Of a stretch of DNA of 64,000 nt, positions 35,199 to 48,423 are shown in pieces. Made by a program: the position numbers and the translations under genes. Within the stretch, counting starts at the first letter, position 1. Every line of letters begins with the position of its first letter. The notes below the pieces were generated by a model, which did not search any database, was not told where the DNA came from, and was given only the letters and a program-made list of their open reading frames with translations. This DNA comes from Octopus bimaculoides (taxonomy: Eukaryota): assembly GCF_001194135.2 (NCBI RefSeq), contig NC_068985.1, positions 35,435,409-35,499,408 on the forward strand, read 5' to 3'.

Positions 35199-38100
35199 TT
35201 TGCTGATGAGGTTGTGATAAAGCCAAAACATGTTCACAGTTGACTCACACACTTGCCAGAAAAAAGAAAATGATATTTGTGAATGACAAATCAAAATTCC
35301 TAAAATTGATTTATTTTTTTTAATATTTTGTAAGCTGCATAATTTCTTTGAGTATTAATTTTTGCATAATATTATATATACTTGTGTACCCTTAATTTTG
35401 TAAGTAAATACTTTTAGTAATTTCTCTTGTTAGAAAGAGATTTTTCATTTTTTTCTTTTTTGTCTATTTATCCATACTTATATAGGTGGAATGACCACAT
35501 TTTTAGAGTCATTGTTTCACTGGTAAATGCCCTTCCTACTGCTAACCACTCAAACATGATGTAAGAGTACAATCTGTTTTTAGACATGCAAACTGAAGTG
35601 AGCAGAATCATGGGCAGTGATAGAAATGGATTTTGGAAACTAGGTATAAGGTGAGGCTGTATCCAAGATTTATGTTCAGGAATCAGAGTGAACTTTTTAT
35701 TTCTTAATTTAGCCTTAAATATGCTCATTCATCCCCAAGAATACTGTGAATCACATGTTCATCTCCAAGATGTTAAAACAGTTCATAGAGCTCACATTTT
35801 TATGTGAATCTAATATTCATAAAATCTCTTACTTTTGATGACAATCCAAGCCTCACCACGTTATCTTTAAGTAACTTTACATGAATGTTCACAACTTCAC
35901 AACCTATTAAGGAACCAATTGAATTGTTTGCATAAGTAGATGAAGCCATATTATGTAATATATTTTTAAATGCACTTTGTTAGAATTTAATGTTTTGTTT
36001 GCAGTCCACTTGTTGGAATAAGAGTACTTATCAAATCAGGAAAAAAGCAAATGATAAGATTAATAATATATATGACAGTAAAATAACTGAAGAGTTCAAG
36101 CAAGTTAGTAGTTATAATTGTTACTCTTTATTTTTTCCTAAAAAGTAGACTACAAACTAAACTATAAAGTTCAAACAAGGTATCTTTATATTTAATTATA
36201 ACAGTACCTCACATTACTCTATTTCATTCTTCACAAAGCCACACAGTAGTTATTCCTGTCTTCTAACTTTGAATATTTCAATCAAAATAATGAGCTTCTT
36301 TTCTGGTATATAGTATACTGTAGATTAATCTATATGATATATTCTATTATCGGAAATTGATAAAATATCCATACATAATTATCGTAATCTTTTATTAATA
36401 GAAATTTTATAAATAATAAAATAAGTGTCTCTTTTGATAGACTTAAAGTGTACAAAATCCTGAGAAATTGAAAAATCGGCCAATACCATACCTCTCTGCT
36501 TATCACTCTGCTTCCATCACTGCTCATGAATACAACACAATGGCCCAAGTAAGACTTAAATTAATGATAATGTGGTCACTACTTCAGCACTTTAATCCTA
36601 CAGCTATTATGCCTATTTTTCATTGTTTTAGTTTTGTTTCAAAGTTTATTTTTGTTATAATTTTAATTCTGTTAATAAATTTGAATTATACTTTTAAATA
36701 CCCTTGTTCATTTTGTTTTGTCTTTCTATTTACCATTTCAATAGAATTTGATCTGACTTTATTCTAAAATACAAGAACATTCAAATCCAAATTGTATGAA
36801 CAGTTATTTGTTAAAAAAAATCTTAGACTTTGTATACAGGTACACGGATGTACATATATTTATCCAGACCCTCTTGTACTTGTATATTGCTACAGAACTA
36901 ATTAACAAATTGTCATATGATGACTGCTTTTTATGGCTTAGAGAGGAAAAAACATACTCATGAAGCAGTAATGCTGTGAGTTCTTATATTGGTATTTATT
37001 GTGCTGAACACTTTCAGAAGGCCCCTGATTCCATCAGGGTTCTTGAGTCCCATATCTGGTCCCAACATGGCATCACAAAGTGAACAAAAGGGGTTTTTGT
37101 CCTAGGGGGCTCTTTTGTCCAGATCCCGGTATACGGACCATCTGTACAGGTTGGTGAAAACTGATTTACAGAATGTTTTAAATCCTATTGTCTTGTAATT
37201 CTTATATTTTAGCTTATTAGAAAATGAAATAAATCAGCAGTAATTTACAAAAGTTCAGATTTTACAATTACCATTTAAATACATAAGGTTTTTTTGGGTT
37301 TTTTTACTTTTATTTCATTTCAAAAAAACTTTTCGCACTTTCTCAGCTAATAACGATCACTGCCAACTTCAAGTAGTTTGGCTTTCTGGCTTGCAGAATT
37401 CGATATTTAGATGCCTGTTTTCTACTGCTGGAGTCTACATGTTGTGGTGTTTGTTTCTCTAATCAATCTCAGCCACCTTCTTTTATGTTTTCTCTCTTAT
37501 TATCTGTTATAATCAGCAATCTCACTGTGAGTCCTTTTCTTTTTGTTCACTTTTTTCAGTCATACTTGCTATTTCACTTTCTTATCGAGATACGAAAGCT
37601 CTGAAATGAGATATGTAATGTTCAAAACAAATTTACTTAAGATGAAAGCTGAAACCATGTTGCTGTCTTAGTGACTTAGATATCTTATGTCTCACTCAAT
37701 CTTGCCTTCATTACTGTTTTCTCTATAAATAGTAGTACTTATTTGTGTCAGGTCGCTCTTGTGTACTATGGGCAACATGTAATACAGTACAACCTGTTGC
37801 ATGGTTGGGTCATCGGCAACTAGACTGGCAACCCCACCAAGCTTGCTTGGTGAGGAGGGTAGTTGTTGGACACCCTACGGGATAAAAAATAAGACCCATT
37901 ATAGGGCGGAGGAACTCATGAACAGTCAACGGCCATCCAACAAATGATCCTGGACAAGATCTGAAACTGCATCGATGACAATGGGTTTTGCCTTGAGGAA
38001 AGTGGGGCTATCTCTTAATTGATCATTGCTCCCAGGTTTGCCCTGGTCTGAAGTGGTAGCACCTGTTAGGACTAGGAGAAGGACAGCTCCAAACATAAAA

Positions 38101-40175
38101 CCATTCAAGACAGAGAAGTCCTTTTACTACAAATCAGCATATTCCCTAAATTGTGATAACACCAATCTACAATCCATGTGATGCTTCCCTAGACTCAGGG
38201 TCTGCAGCATGATGTTGTAGCGCTGTATGGAACCAGTCGTCTTGGTTTACTCCATGTTATTGGATAACTCCATGTTATTGGATAATTCCATGCAGTGCCA
38301 GTTAGTGGGTCACGGATTGTGCAACCGTTTCTCCACTATAAACTTCCTAGCACAATCGTTTCTTACATCGTCTACAATTATGTTTTGAAGTCCTATGGCA
38401 ATGAGTGCTGAATAGCAGGGGCAGGCTTAAGCTGGCTGCAAGCCCTTAGTTCTGCACTTGCATACAGGTGGTCTCAACAAGATGGTCATTTGCTTTCTGG
38501 ACAAGCAGCCAAGACAATCGGTCCTACTGAGAAGACTGAGTAGCCTTGTTTAGGGATGCGCTGCTCACCTCAAGATGGGGAGAGGCCAAGAAAATGTGGC
38601 CTAAAAAACGCCTGCTCACACACCTAATCTGGATGGATAACTGCGTCCGTCGGAATGACTTTCAAATGCAGTTGAAACATTAAAAGTAAAATTCAACCCT
38701 TGAATGTTGCAACCTGGAATTCTGGACTTTACTGGATGACACCAACACCTCCCTCCCAATCACCGCACTGCCCTTGTTGCGGTGGAACTCCTACACTACA
38801 ACATTGACGTTGCCGCCCTCAGTGAAACTCACATTCTTGAGGAGAGGTCACTTACGGAGGTAGGTGAGGGATACACTTTCTTCTGGAAAGGTCACCCTGC
38901 TGGCTCCTCCTGCATGCATGGCATTGCTTTTGCTGTCAGATCAGCTTTGGTCCCATCGCTAACCGAATCTCCAGTTGGCATCAGTGAACGGCTCATGACG
39001 ATGCACATCCCACTAACTCATGGTCGTTCGGCCACACTGCTTAGTGCTCATGCACCAACTCTCACATCAGCCAAAGAGGACAAAGATGCCTTCTACGCTT
39101 CCCTGCGTGCTGCTCTGCAGCGCATTCCACACGAAGACAAACTCTTACTTTTAGGCGACTTTAACGCAGGAATGGGATCAAACCACCACATTTAGCATAG
39201 TATTCTCGGTTGGCACGGCAGTGGAAACACCAACTCAAACCGCCTCCGCCTCGCACTTTGTTCTGAATTTTCCTTTTGCATCACAAACGCAATGTTCCAA
39301 CTTGCTGAGAAACACAAAACAACATCGATGCACCCAGATCCGAGCACCTGATTGACTATGCCATCACACAGACCTGCAAGATGTGAAAATCACCACAGTT
39401 ATATGTGGTGCCAACTGCTGGACTGACCATCGCTTGGTCCGATGCCGGCTACGCTTGCAAATTCGTCCTCCTATCCATAAGCAAAAACTGAAGCAGATGC
39501 TAAATGTTGTAACTCTGCAATCGTATGAAGTCCGCCAGAAACTGGCAGTAACACTGGAACAAAAGTTTGCCGAGCTCCCTGATGCCAAGCTTTGACCAAC
39601 TGATAGACAAACTCTGACGTCAGAGTGGGACACTCTAGCAACCATTATTATCACTAATGCTGCGAAAGATATACTTGGTGTTTAGAATAGACGTCATCAA
39701 CCACTCACTCCTACGTGGAATGAATGCTGCACACAACAGACATCTCTGTCAACCAGCAGCAGCCAACCACAGACAATGGACAAGCCTCTGCTCTGATGTC
39801 CAGCGAAAACTTAGAACCATGCAGAACAACTGGTGGAAGACTAAATCACAAGAAATACAAGGCTATGCTGACGCAAGCAACATCCAAGCTTTCTACGAAT
39901 CCATAAAGACTACATACGATCCAATTAGAGGATCCTTCTGCCCCGTATGAAACAATGATTCACATCACTCATCAAGGACCGAGATGGCATTTCAACACCC
40001 TCCTCAACCGTAGAAACCCCATAGACCCTTCTTTTCTTGACAACATCTCTACACTACACCCATCGATTGTGTAGATGAGAAATTTAATCTGCGATAAATG
40101 ACCTCAAGTTGAGGTCTCTGCCAGCTGAGATCTTGAGGTATGGTGGTCGGTTTTCTAGACCCGCATTCATGCTTT

Positions 40176-42037
40176 TGTAGTAACGCCGTGCGCATGCGTA
40201 GTCTCACGCATGCGTGGAATTCAACAACCAAGCTTTCCCGCTTTGATCGATCTCTTTCTTGCTGGCCAGCGATTGAGCATGGACGTGTCTAGCTCGCTCC
40301 ATCTTTCGAACTCACGCTAGACAGCTCACATCAACATACCGATGTCCCAACAACCATGTTTCTCACACACCGAAGACGTCTCAACAAACAAGATTAAAGA
40401 TGTATATTTTCCAACCATGAATAAATATTGTTTGTGTTGATAGTTTGGAGTTCAGCGTTGCCATTAATTTCTAATTTAATATAGGAAAGTCAGGTGTACA
40501 TCTAATGATGTATAACCCACTTTCCTATAAAGTGGTGACCCCGACGTGATACAGACACGCAGCCCGCTGAGCTACAATAACAACTATTTCTATATAACTG
40601 ATAACCAACATTCTTATAAAGTGGTGACCCCGACTAAGAAAAAACGCGGCCATGGATTCTGGACACCAACCTATAACTGGTGACCCCGACTAAAGAACAA
40701 ATGCGGCCATGGAGACTGAACTACCAAGCAACGATGACCACCAACATCTCCAACCATAGTCAACACGACTTACTATGTACACCAAACTAAACCACCGCGG
40801 CAAATCTCTCTATTCGATTCTGTTAGGTGACTTAGCTTCACCACGATAATAAACAGACAAGAATTACANNNNNNNNNNNNNNNNNNNNNNNNNNNNNNNN
40901 NNNNNNNNNNNNNNNNNNNNNNNNNNNNNNNNNNNNNNNNNNNNNNNNNNNNNNNNNNNNNNNNNNNNNNNNNNNNNNNNNNNNNNNNNNNNNNNNNNNN
41001 NNNNNNNNNNNNNNNNNNNNNNNNNNNNNNNNNNNNNNNNNNNNNNNNNNNNNNNNNNNNNNNNNNNNNNNNNNNNNNNNNNNNNNNNNNNNNNNNNNNN
41101 NNNNNNNNNNNNNNNNNNNNNNNNNNNNNNNNNNNNNNNNNNNNNNNNNNNNNNNNNNNNNNNNNNNNNNNNNNNNNNNNNNNNNNNNNNNNNNNNNNNN
41201 NNNNNNNNNNNNNNNNNNNNNNNNNNNNNNNNNNNNNNNNNNNNNNNNNNNNNNNNNNNNNNNNNNNNNNNNNNNNNNNNNNNNNNNNNNNNNNNNNNNN
41301 NNNNNNNNNNNNNNNNNNNNNNNNNNNNNNNNNNNNNNNNNNNNNNNNNNNNNNNNNNNNNNNNNNNNNNNNNNNNNNNNNNNNNNNNNNNNNNNNNNNN
41401 NNNNNNNNNNNNNNNNNNNNNNNNNNNNNNNNNNNNNNNNNNNNNNNNNNNNNNNNNNNNNNNNNNNNNNNNNNNNNNNNNNNNNNNNNNNNNNNNNNNN
41501 NNNNNNNNNNNNNNNNNNNNNNNNNNNNNNNNNNNNNNNNNNNNNNNNNNNNNNNNNNNNNNNNNNNNNNNNNNNNNNNNNNNNNNNNNNNNNNNNNNNN
41601 NNNNNNNNNNNNNTCATTCCTTCAATTTGTACATTGCATGCATGTATCACACGAGTGTACATTTCATTTCTTTCATTTTCTTTGTGTGTGTTTGTGCTAC
41701 ATCTTGTGGGTGGTTTTCAGTGGCCATCCTGCCTCAGGCTTTCCAACAAAAAAATTATATTATCGTGCGTTCCACACTGGCGAGGGGAGCCCTGTAGTAA
41801 CGCCGTGCGCATGCGTAGTCTCACGCATGCGTGGAATTCAACAACCAAGCTTTCCCGCTTTGATCGATCTCTTTCTTGCTGGCCAGCGATTGAGCATGGA
41901 CGTGTCTAGCTCGCTCCATCTTTCGAACTCACGCTAGACAGCTCACATCAACATACCGATGTCCCAACAACTATGTTCTCACACACAGAAGGCGCCTCAA
42001 CAAACAAGATTAATGATGTATAACCCACTTTCATATA
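40176..42037 (+). mobile_element. LTR retroelement (Ty3/gypsy-like, apparently non-autonomous)
   Basis: 5' LTR 40176 to about 40529 and 3' LTR 41793 to about 42037, near-identical except a ~109-bp deletion. PBS at 40533; purine-rich tract GGCGAGGGGAGCCC before the 3' LTR. The interior contains a gap. Confidence 0.85.
40533..40550 (+). promoter_or_regulatory. tRNA-Trp primer-binding site
   Basis: TGGTGACCCCGACGTGAT matches the 18-nt tRNA-Trp PBS as I recall it from avian leukosis/sarcoma viruses. It sits 3 nt after the LTR. Confidence 0.85.
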
Positions 42038-44164
42038 CAAAAACAAAAGTGACAGAGTAGTCTATGGAAATAGACGAGGCATCTCCTTGCTTTCGGTTGC
42101 TGGTAAGGTACTTGCTCGAGTCCTCCTATCATACCTTCTGAGGCATGTTGCCGATGTTGTACTGCTTGAAACCCAATGTGGTTTCCAAAGCGCCCGCTCG
42201 ACTGTTGACATGATCTTTGTCGCACGTCTTCTCCAGGAGAAATGCCGTGAGCAAAACCATTCCCTTTACATGGCTTTTATCGACTTAACCAAAGCCGTCG
42301 ACACCACTGACCGTGATGTTTTGTGGGAAATCCTGACAAAATTTAGCTGCCCACCAAATTTTCTTGCCATTCCGAAGGACTTCCACAACGGAATGCTAGC
42401 CAGAGTCGACTGATTCTTTCCGGTCCAAGTCGGTGTCAAGCAACCCATGCTCCTTCCATGTTGAAGATGTGACAATTGCTAATGTTAACCAATTCACGTA
42501 CCTTCGCTCAGTCCTCAACAACACCCTCGATCTGACAGACGATATTCAGCGCCATATTCATTATGCCTCTGCTGCGTTTGGTCGGCTAAGTACTCGCGTC
42601 CTTCTCAACAAAAACATCAACATCAGAACAAGAGTGGATGTCTGCAATGCTGTTTGTGTCTCAATCCTGCTATATGGCTGCGAATCTTGGGTGCCTTACC
42701 GGCGTCATATCAAGATGCTCGAATGGTTTAATATCTCTCGCCTTCAACAACTCCTTGACTTACACTGGTGGAACAGGATTCCTCATGCTGAGATACGTGG
42801 CCGAACAGCCAGCCATCGGAGGTAACAATCGCTAACCGCCAACTCAGATGGGCAGAGCACGTCATTTGAATGCCTTCAAGTCAATTGCTCCTCCTTGTTA
42901 TGTACGGTGAACTTGAAGATGGAAGAGGCTCTGTCGGTGGCCAGCACAAGCGCTTTAGAGATCACCTAAAGGCAACACTGAAAAAGTGTCATATCCCTCC
43001 CGACAGCCTCGAATCAATGGCTACAGATCGCACTAGCTGGTATGGTGCATACAAGACTGGCACCAGCAAACTCCAAGAATATCCTACTGCAGAGTGAAGG
43101 GGCACGCCGTGCCCGGTGGCACGTGCAGAACCCTGGAAGTAAACAACAGCAAGGCTTTACATGCTCCTCCTGCGGACGTATCTGCCTCTCCAGAATCAGA
43201 CTTCATAGCCATCAGAGGTCACATAACTACAAATGACGTTTGGGAAAAGTACTCATCGTTTCACGATGTTCACGAAACGATAATGAGTACTTATTTATCT
43301 ATGATCCTACAAATTAATTTTCCTGGATTGCCTCCCTTTTTCTGTTATTTTGCTAAGTCGACCCCACTTCACCCTTTCCAGTCTCAATATTATTTTTCTC
43401 TGTTCTTCTTTATTTCTTTAACTAATTATCCCTTTATTTTCACATTTTCTTTCACTTTATTTATCTACTATTTCACTGTTAATATCTCTTTCTATTATCT
43501 GACTGTCTCTCTCCGTCTGTAACCCCTTTCTTTCATATAGTCAACAATCTTCCCGAGTTATCTCCCTTCCTTTACTACCGTGGAATAACGTTAGAACTCA
43601 TTAACGAGTATTATATATTTAAATTCCGAATTATGTCCCTTGAGCCATTACTCGCTCTTTATCTTCTAACGTGTGTTGAGAATGTAAATTTTGAACACGA
43701 CGGCAAAACCATACCAGCGCACACAACAACAATAATAACAATTAATACAGAACGAAATTAAACTAAAATCTCTCTTTCATGTCATCTTAATTCATTTCAT
43801 CTCTTCCTATCCTTTCATATGCCATCAATTTTTCACCTGTACTACCCCATTATATCCCCTTCCAACTGCTCATGCCTTCACACCATTCTGTATCCTATTT
43901 ATTGTATCCTAACATTTCTCATTTCATTGTAATCCATCCTAATTTTTCTAATTCCATCCTGTGCTATACTGTCCCATCCCATTCCCTTTCATCCTATCTT
44001 CCTCCTCTATTTCTCCTGCCTTCCTATCTGATCCAGTCCTGTAATACCAAATGATATTCCATCTCTTTCTACCTTGTCTAATTCAATCTTGTATAGCTTG
44101 TCATTTCTTGTCACATCCCATCCTATCCCATCATTTTCTATCATGTCCATTTCCATCACACCCT

Positions 44165-45046
44165 ATCCTACGATGCCACTGGTAGACCCACAAAAGATCT
44201 TCCTTCCACCCCTTCACATCAAACTTGGCCTCATGAAAAAGTTTGTAAAAGCAATGGCACACGATGGTTATGGCTTCCAGTATCTAAAAGTAAAATTTGG
44301 TGCAGAGAAAAGTGACGCAAAACTGAAAGCAGGCATTTTCATTGGATCCGAGATCAGAGAATTGATATCTGATAGCAAATTCAGAGGTAGACTGAATTCA
44401 GTTGAACTGACGGCATCGGAATCATTCATATTAGTTGTACAGAACTTTCTTGGAAATAATAGGGCTGAAAACTATGCTGATTTAGTAAACGACATGCTAA
44501 CAGTGTATGAAAGAATGGGATGTCGAATGTCCCTTAAAATGCACTTCTTGCATTCTTATCTAGATTTTTTCCAACAAATCTTGGTGCTCTTAGTGATGAG
44601 CATGGTGAGAGGTTCCGCCAGGACATATCTGAGATGGAAACGTGGTATCAAGGCCAGTTCAATCCACGCATGATGGGCGACTGCCACTGGTTCCTACACT
44701 GGGAGACCAGCACGATGCATAAGCGCAAGAGCAAGTGTCTCAAACACATCTGAGCAGAGTATATCAAAAATGAAATGAGTATTCCCTTAACATATATATA
44801 TACGATGTACCATTACATTATAATACTATTTGCCTTGAACATAAATTTACTATATACAGTACTAATATACTATTATAATAATTATTTACCTTGAACTTAA
44901 TTATTCCTGATTCTAATATAGTATTAACATATAAATATGCGCATAACTCAAAATCCTGATGTGCTATAGCAATTCTAAGTTCAAATTTGGAATCAACGTT
45001 CTCGATTCTGGGTAGCAGACAATAAATCTTTTGCTGTTGCCCAGTG
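44165..45046 (+). mobile_element. 3' half of a Chapaev3-like (CMC superfamily) DNA transposon
   Basis: PLVDPQKIFLPPLHIKLGLMKKFVKA...NFLGN...GCRMSLKMHFLHS, with a frameshifted SDEHGERF motif. The right end is ...GTTGCCCAGTG (CACTG terminus). The family name is from recall. Confidence 0.65.
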
Positions 45047-45084
45047 CTATCAAGGTGATAAATGAATGTGGGTGTACACTCATA

Positions 45085-45186
45085 CATGTGTCCATATGTT
45101 GGTACATATATATGTGTGTGTGTGTGTGCGTATGTGTGTGTACGTGTGTGTGAGAGAGAGAGAGGAAGAAAGAGAGAGAGAGAGAC
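45085..45186. repeat. (TG)n(AG)n microsatellite
   Basis: Read directly from the sequence. Confidence 0.9.
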
Positions 45187-45235
45187 TAAATTTTAGAATT
45201 TCTTTAAGAATATAAAATCCATAATCTTTCTAATG

Positions 45236-45548
45236 GTACTCCATCGGTTACGACGATGAGGGTTCCAGTTGATCCATGAAATTAACGTGCTTGTGGCTGA
45301 GCACTCCACAGACACGTGTACCCATAATGTAGTTCTCAGGGAGATTCAGCGTGACACAGAATATGACAAGGCTGGCCCTTTGAAATACAGGCACAACTCA
45401 TTTTTGCCAGCTGAATGTATTGGAACAATACGAAATAAACATTACACTGAAATAAACATTACATTGTGGTCTTGTTCAAGAACACAATGCATCGCTGGAA
45501 ATTGAACTCACGACCTTGCGATTGTGAGCCGAATACCTTAACCATGGA
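45236..45548 (-). mobile_element. tRNA-derived SINE, decayed
   Basis: Minus-strand head with B-box-like GTGAGTTCAATTTCC and body CAGCGTGACACAG...GACAAGGCTGGCCC. Confidence 0.6.
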
Positions 45549-48069
45549 TCTTTCTGGTTTTCGTCAATGTTAACAATTTTGTTCAGACCTTTAGTAATTT
45601 CGCTTACATTTTCATCCAAGCAAAACTCAATTAAAATTATTATTAAACTATACTTTTATAACTTGAATTTCGAGATGTTAATGAATTTTTCAGTACATTA
45701 ATGTGAAAGCATCAATGTTACTAACAGATACGCTATGTATATAATGTAGAATTAATGCTTTTGCTAAGATATACGCCACGTATGTAAAGTTACGCAGTTT
45801 CAATTAAAGATGTATTTTATAAAGTGCATAAGCGCATATCAATGAACAAATATCCACTTATAAAATGCTGTAATAAACATACTATCAATCAGTATCAGTA
45901 TTTATTTTATAAATGTATGAACCTATTCGTACGTGTACCTATAAACTTTCGTAAATTTCACTCACTGCCGAATAAAATCAGTTATAAGTTCATTTGCGTT
46001 TCATCTTATAGCAATGTGTATAGTTCTGTCATAGTGTTGTGATACGATACGAGCATTTCTGTAGCAGACGGATGACACGGGGGCCAAGCCTCAGACGAAT
46101 TTTAAAGATGGGCAATGTTGATGGAATATTTTCCACATCATACAGATGATATAGAGCTCACAACGGCGGTGGAGGGAGCAAAGCCTGAGCTTTTTGAGTC
46201 GATCCCAATAGTCAAGGCTTGTCATGTCATCACTTGCTTTACTTGAAAATCCTGACACATCACACGAAGAACTCCTTCGATTTCCAGTTACAGAGAATAT
46301 GGAAACCCCTTTCCAACTTGCTATGACATCAAATAAGTAAAATTATTGATTAACTAGGGTACTTAGAATCATTGGATAGATTTGAGTATTTTTTTATATT
46401 GTTTAAGTTTTCAAATTCAATTGATTCTCAAAAATCATAGAAATGTAAAGAATCAAGACGCTCATAAAAGGGATCATAAATATTTGTTTGATAATGCCTT
46501 TATTGAAATTATGCTCTCAAAAGGTTTCCGTAATTTTAAGTTCCGTCAAAATTTCAAAATCTGTTCAGATTGATGATTCCAAGTTAGACTAAGGTATTTA
46601 TAAAGGTATTATACTAGTTGCGACAGTATGAATGTGGAAGCGACTGAGTGCGTCACCTACAAAACATGTACAATATCAACTATATCAACAATCCACAGAG
46701 ATAATGGTATGTGTCTGAATTGCATTTATTCTTCCTTTGTAAAGGCTGTTGCTACCAATAAGAATGTAGACTGTTACAAGATCGTTTTAAAAGTGGTAAG
46801 TCCTTGAAAATGCTCTTAAAAAAGATGAGTCATTCACACTCTGTTCCAAGACCAACATCCGAATGACTTCTGTTGACATTAAACAGGGTTTGAACATGCA
46901 CAACAAACTTAAACGATCGGTGACTGTCGATTTGGATTAAATGGCTACGACAGTTGTAAAAAGCCATTTCTATCCGCAAAGGGCAGAAAAGCGTACCTCG
47001 AATACGCCAAGGCTTAATAGACATTGACAGAATCTTTGTTAAGCAGAATCTAGTGGTGAAGTGGTCCGAGGCATCCATGTTCAACTAGTTGTACTTATGA
47101 TGGGAGGATGTATGTGAGATGCTGTCCTGGCAAGAAACTGAATATCAGTTATCTCTAGAAAACTGTATAAAGAGGCGAGATAGTGTCATGGTTTGGAATG
47201 GTTTCTCAGTTCAAGATTCTGCTCCTAATCATCCTATCACTAGTCCCATGGATCAAAAAGTCTTTCCAATGGTCACTTGCTGCCGGCTCTGTCGTGACAC
47301 TTTTAGAGGCCCCTGCAACTTTTTGTTTCGAGACCCCCATCCCTTCAATCAAAATTCATAATCTACGCACCTTTTATTCATAGTTATATTTTACTGTATT
47401 CTATTTGAAGTTCATTATTTCACGATATCCTAAAGAGCATCTTTAAAAGTAGAAGTTAAATTCATTTAGGTCTATTACAAATTTCTATAAGTAAAATTTC
47501 CAGATATAAATAAAAGAGCACTTTTATCATTCAGGCAACTTTCAAAGTCAAACACAGCGCACTTTTCGCTTCGCGAAATCATCGATCAGTTGAGAATAAT
47601 CAAGCTGAGAGCTAAGTTCGTGTTCAATAGATATCATAGACAATCGACAAAGTCTGGTACAGGTTCGTGGTACAATGTAATATTTTTACAAGAACTTTTA
47701 CAGGTACAATGAAATACCATTTTATTTCTTGAAATTTTCAGTTAACATAATTTAATTCTTCTTCAACATCTTAACCAAAGTAAATAAATGACTCATCTAC
47801 GTACTTTGATCTTAACATGGGGCCCCTCAACCGCGGAGACCCCCTGCGACCGCAGGGGTTGTAGGGGCCTAGCGACAACCTTGCATGCTGCTGAAATGAA
47901 TACTGAAGTATGACTCCGAGCTCTGCATAGTTCAGTCAAGTAGTTTCTAACACAATATTAGGTCAATATTGTGTCCAGCACCTGATGTGTCCATGCCGCA
48001 TAAATGTCATAGAGAAAAGGGGAGAGTAGGCTTACTATTGGTTTCAAATTTTGATCAGCAATTTCTAGG

Positions 48070-48230
48070 GACGGGGTACGTCAATTTCATCGGCATCAGT
48101 GCTCAACTGGAACTTACTTTATCGACTCCGAAAGGATGACAGGCAAAGTCGACCTCGGTGAAATTTAAACTCAGAACGTAAAAGCGAACGAAATGCCGCT
48201 AAACACTGCCCGGCGTGCTAACTATTCTGT
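48070..48230 (-). mobile_element. SINE-like fragment
   Basis: GGCAAAGTCGACCTCGG..ATTTAAACTCAGAACG core, the reverse of the copy at 5460. Confidence 0.6.
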
Positions 48231-48235
48231 AAATA

Positions 48236-48423
48236 CAGAAATCCCTTGACTATCGCGGGTGTTACGTTCCAAAACCTCTCACAGAAATAATTAAAATCTA
48301 AAAAAAATATAAATACCTATCAGCCGCAGAAACCCGCGATATCAATTTACATATATTAGCCAGAAAACCCCGTGATGTACTGAGTGCGCGATAGGTGAAC
48401 CGCGATATGGCGAGGGATTACTG
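48236..48423. mobile_element. Tc1/mariner (pogo/Tigger-type) MITE
   Basis: TA|CAGAAATCCCTTGACTATCGCGG ... CCGCGATATGGCGAGGGATTACTG|TA: imperfect TIRs with a TA target duplication. Confidence 0.75.

Larger units (their letters stand above)
37750..43290 (+). mobile_element. Near-full-length decayed RTE/BovB-like LINE, interrupted by an LTR element
   Basis: APE endonuclease (NVATWN, DVAALSET, LLGDFNAG, TDHRLV), RT motifs (RGISLLSVAGKVLAR, QCGFQ, FIDLTKA), LLYGCESW and a C-terminal CxxC-HxxxH finger. Many frameshifts. Confidence 0.9.

Noticed and set aside
37926-38108. Signal-peptide-like minus-strand ORF (MNGFMFGAVLLLVLTGA...)
   Set aside because: It lies within the apparent 5' region of the RTE element, with no splice or homology support as a host gene.
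40522-40700. CRISPR-like repeat-spacer pattern
   Set aside because: The repeat is a tRNA-Trp PBS directly after an LTR in a eukaryotic genome. There are only three units and no cas genes.
46040-47760. Possible DNA-transposase fragments (for example SVMVWNGFS)
   Set aside because: Motifs are too short and decayed to assign a family or boundaries by eye.
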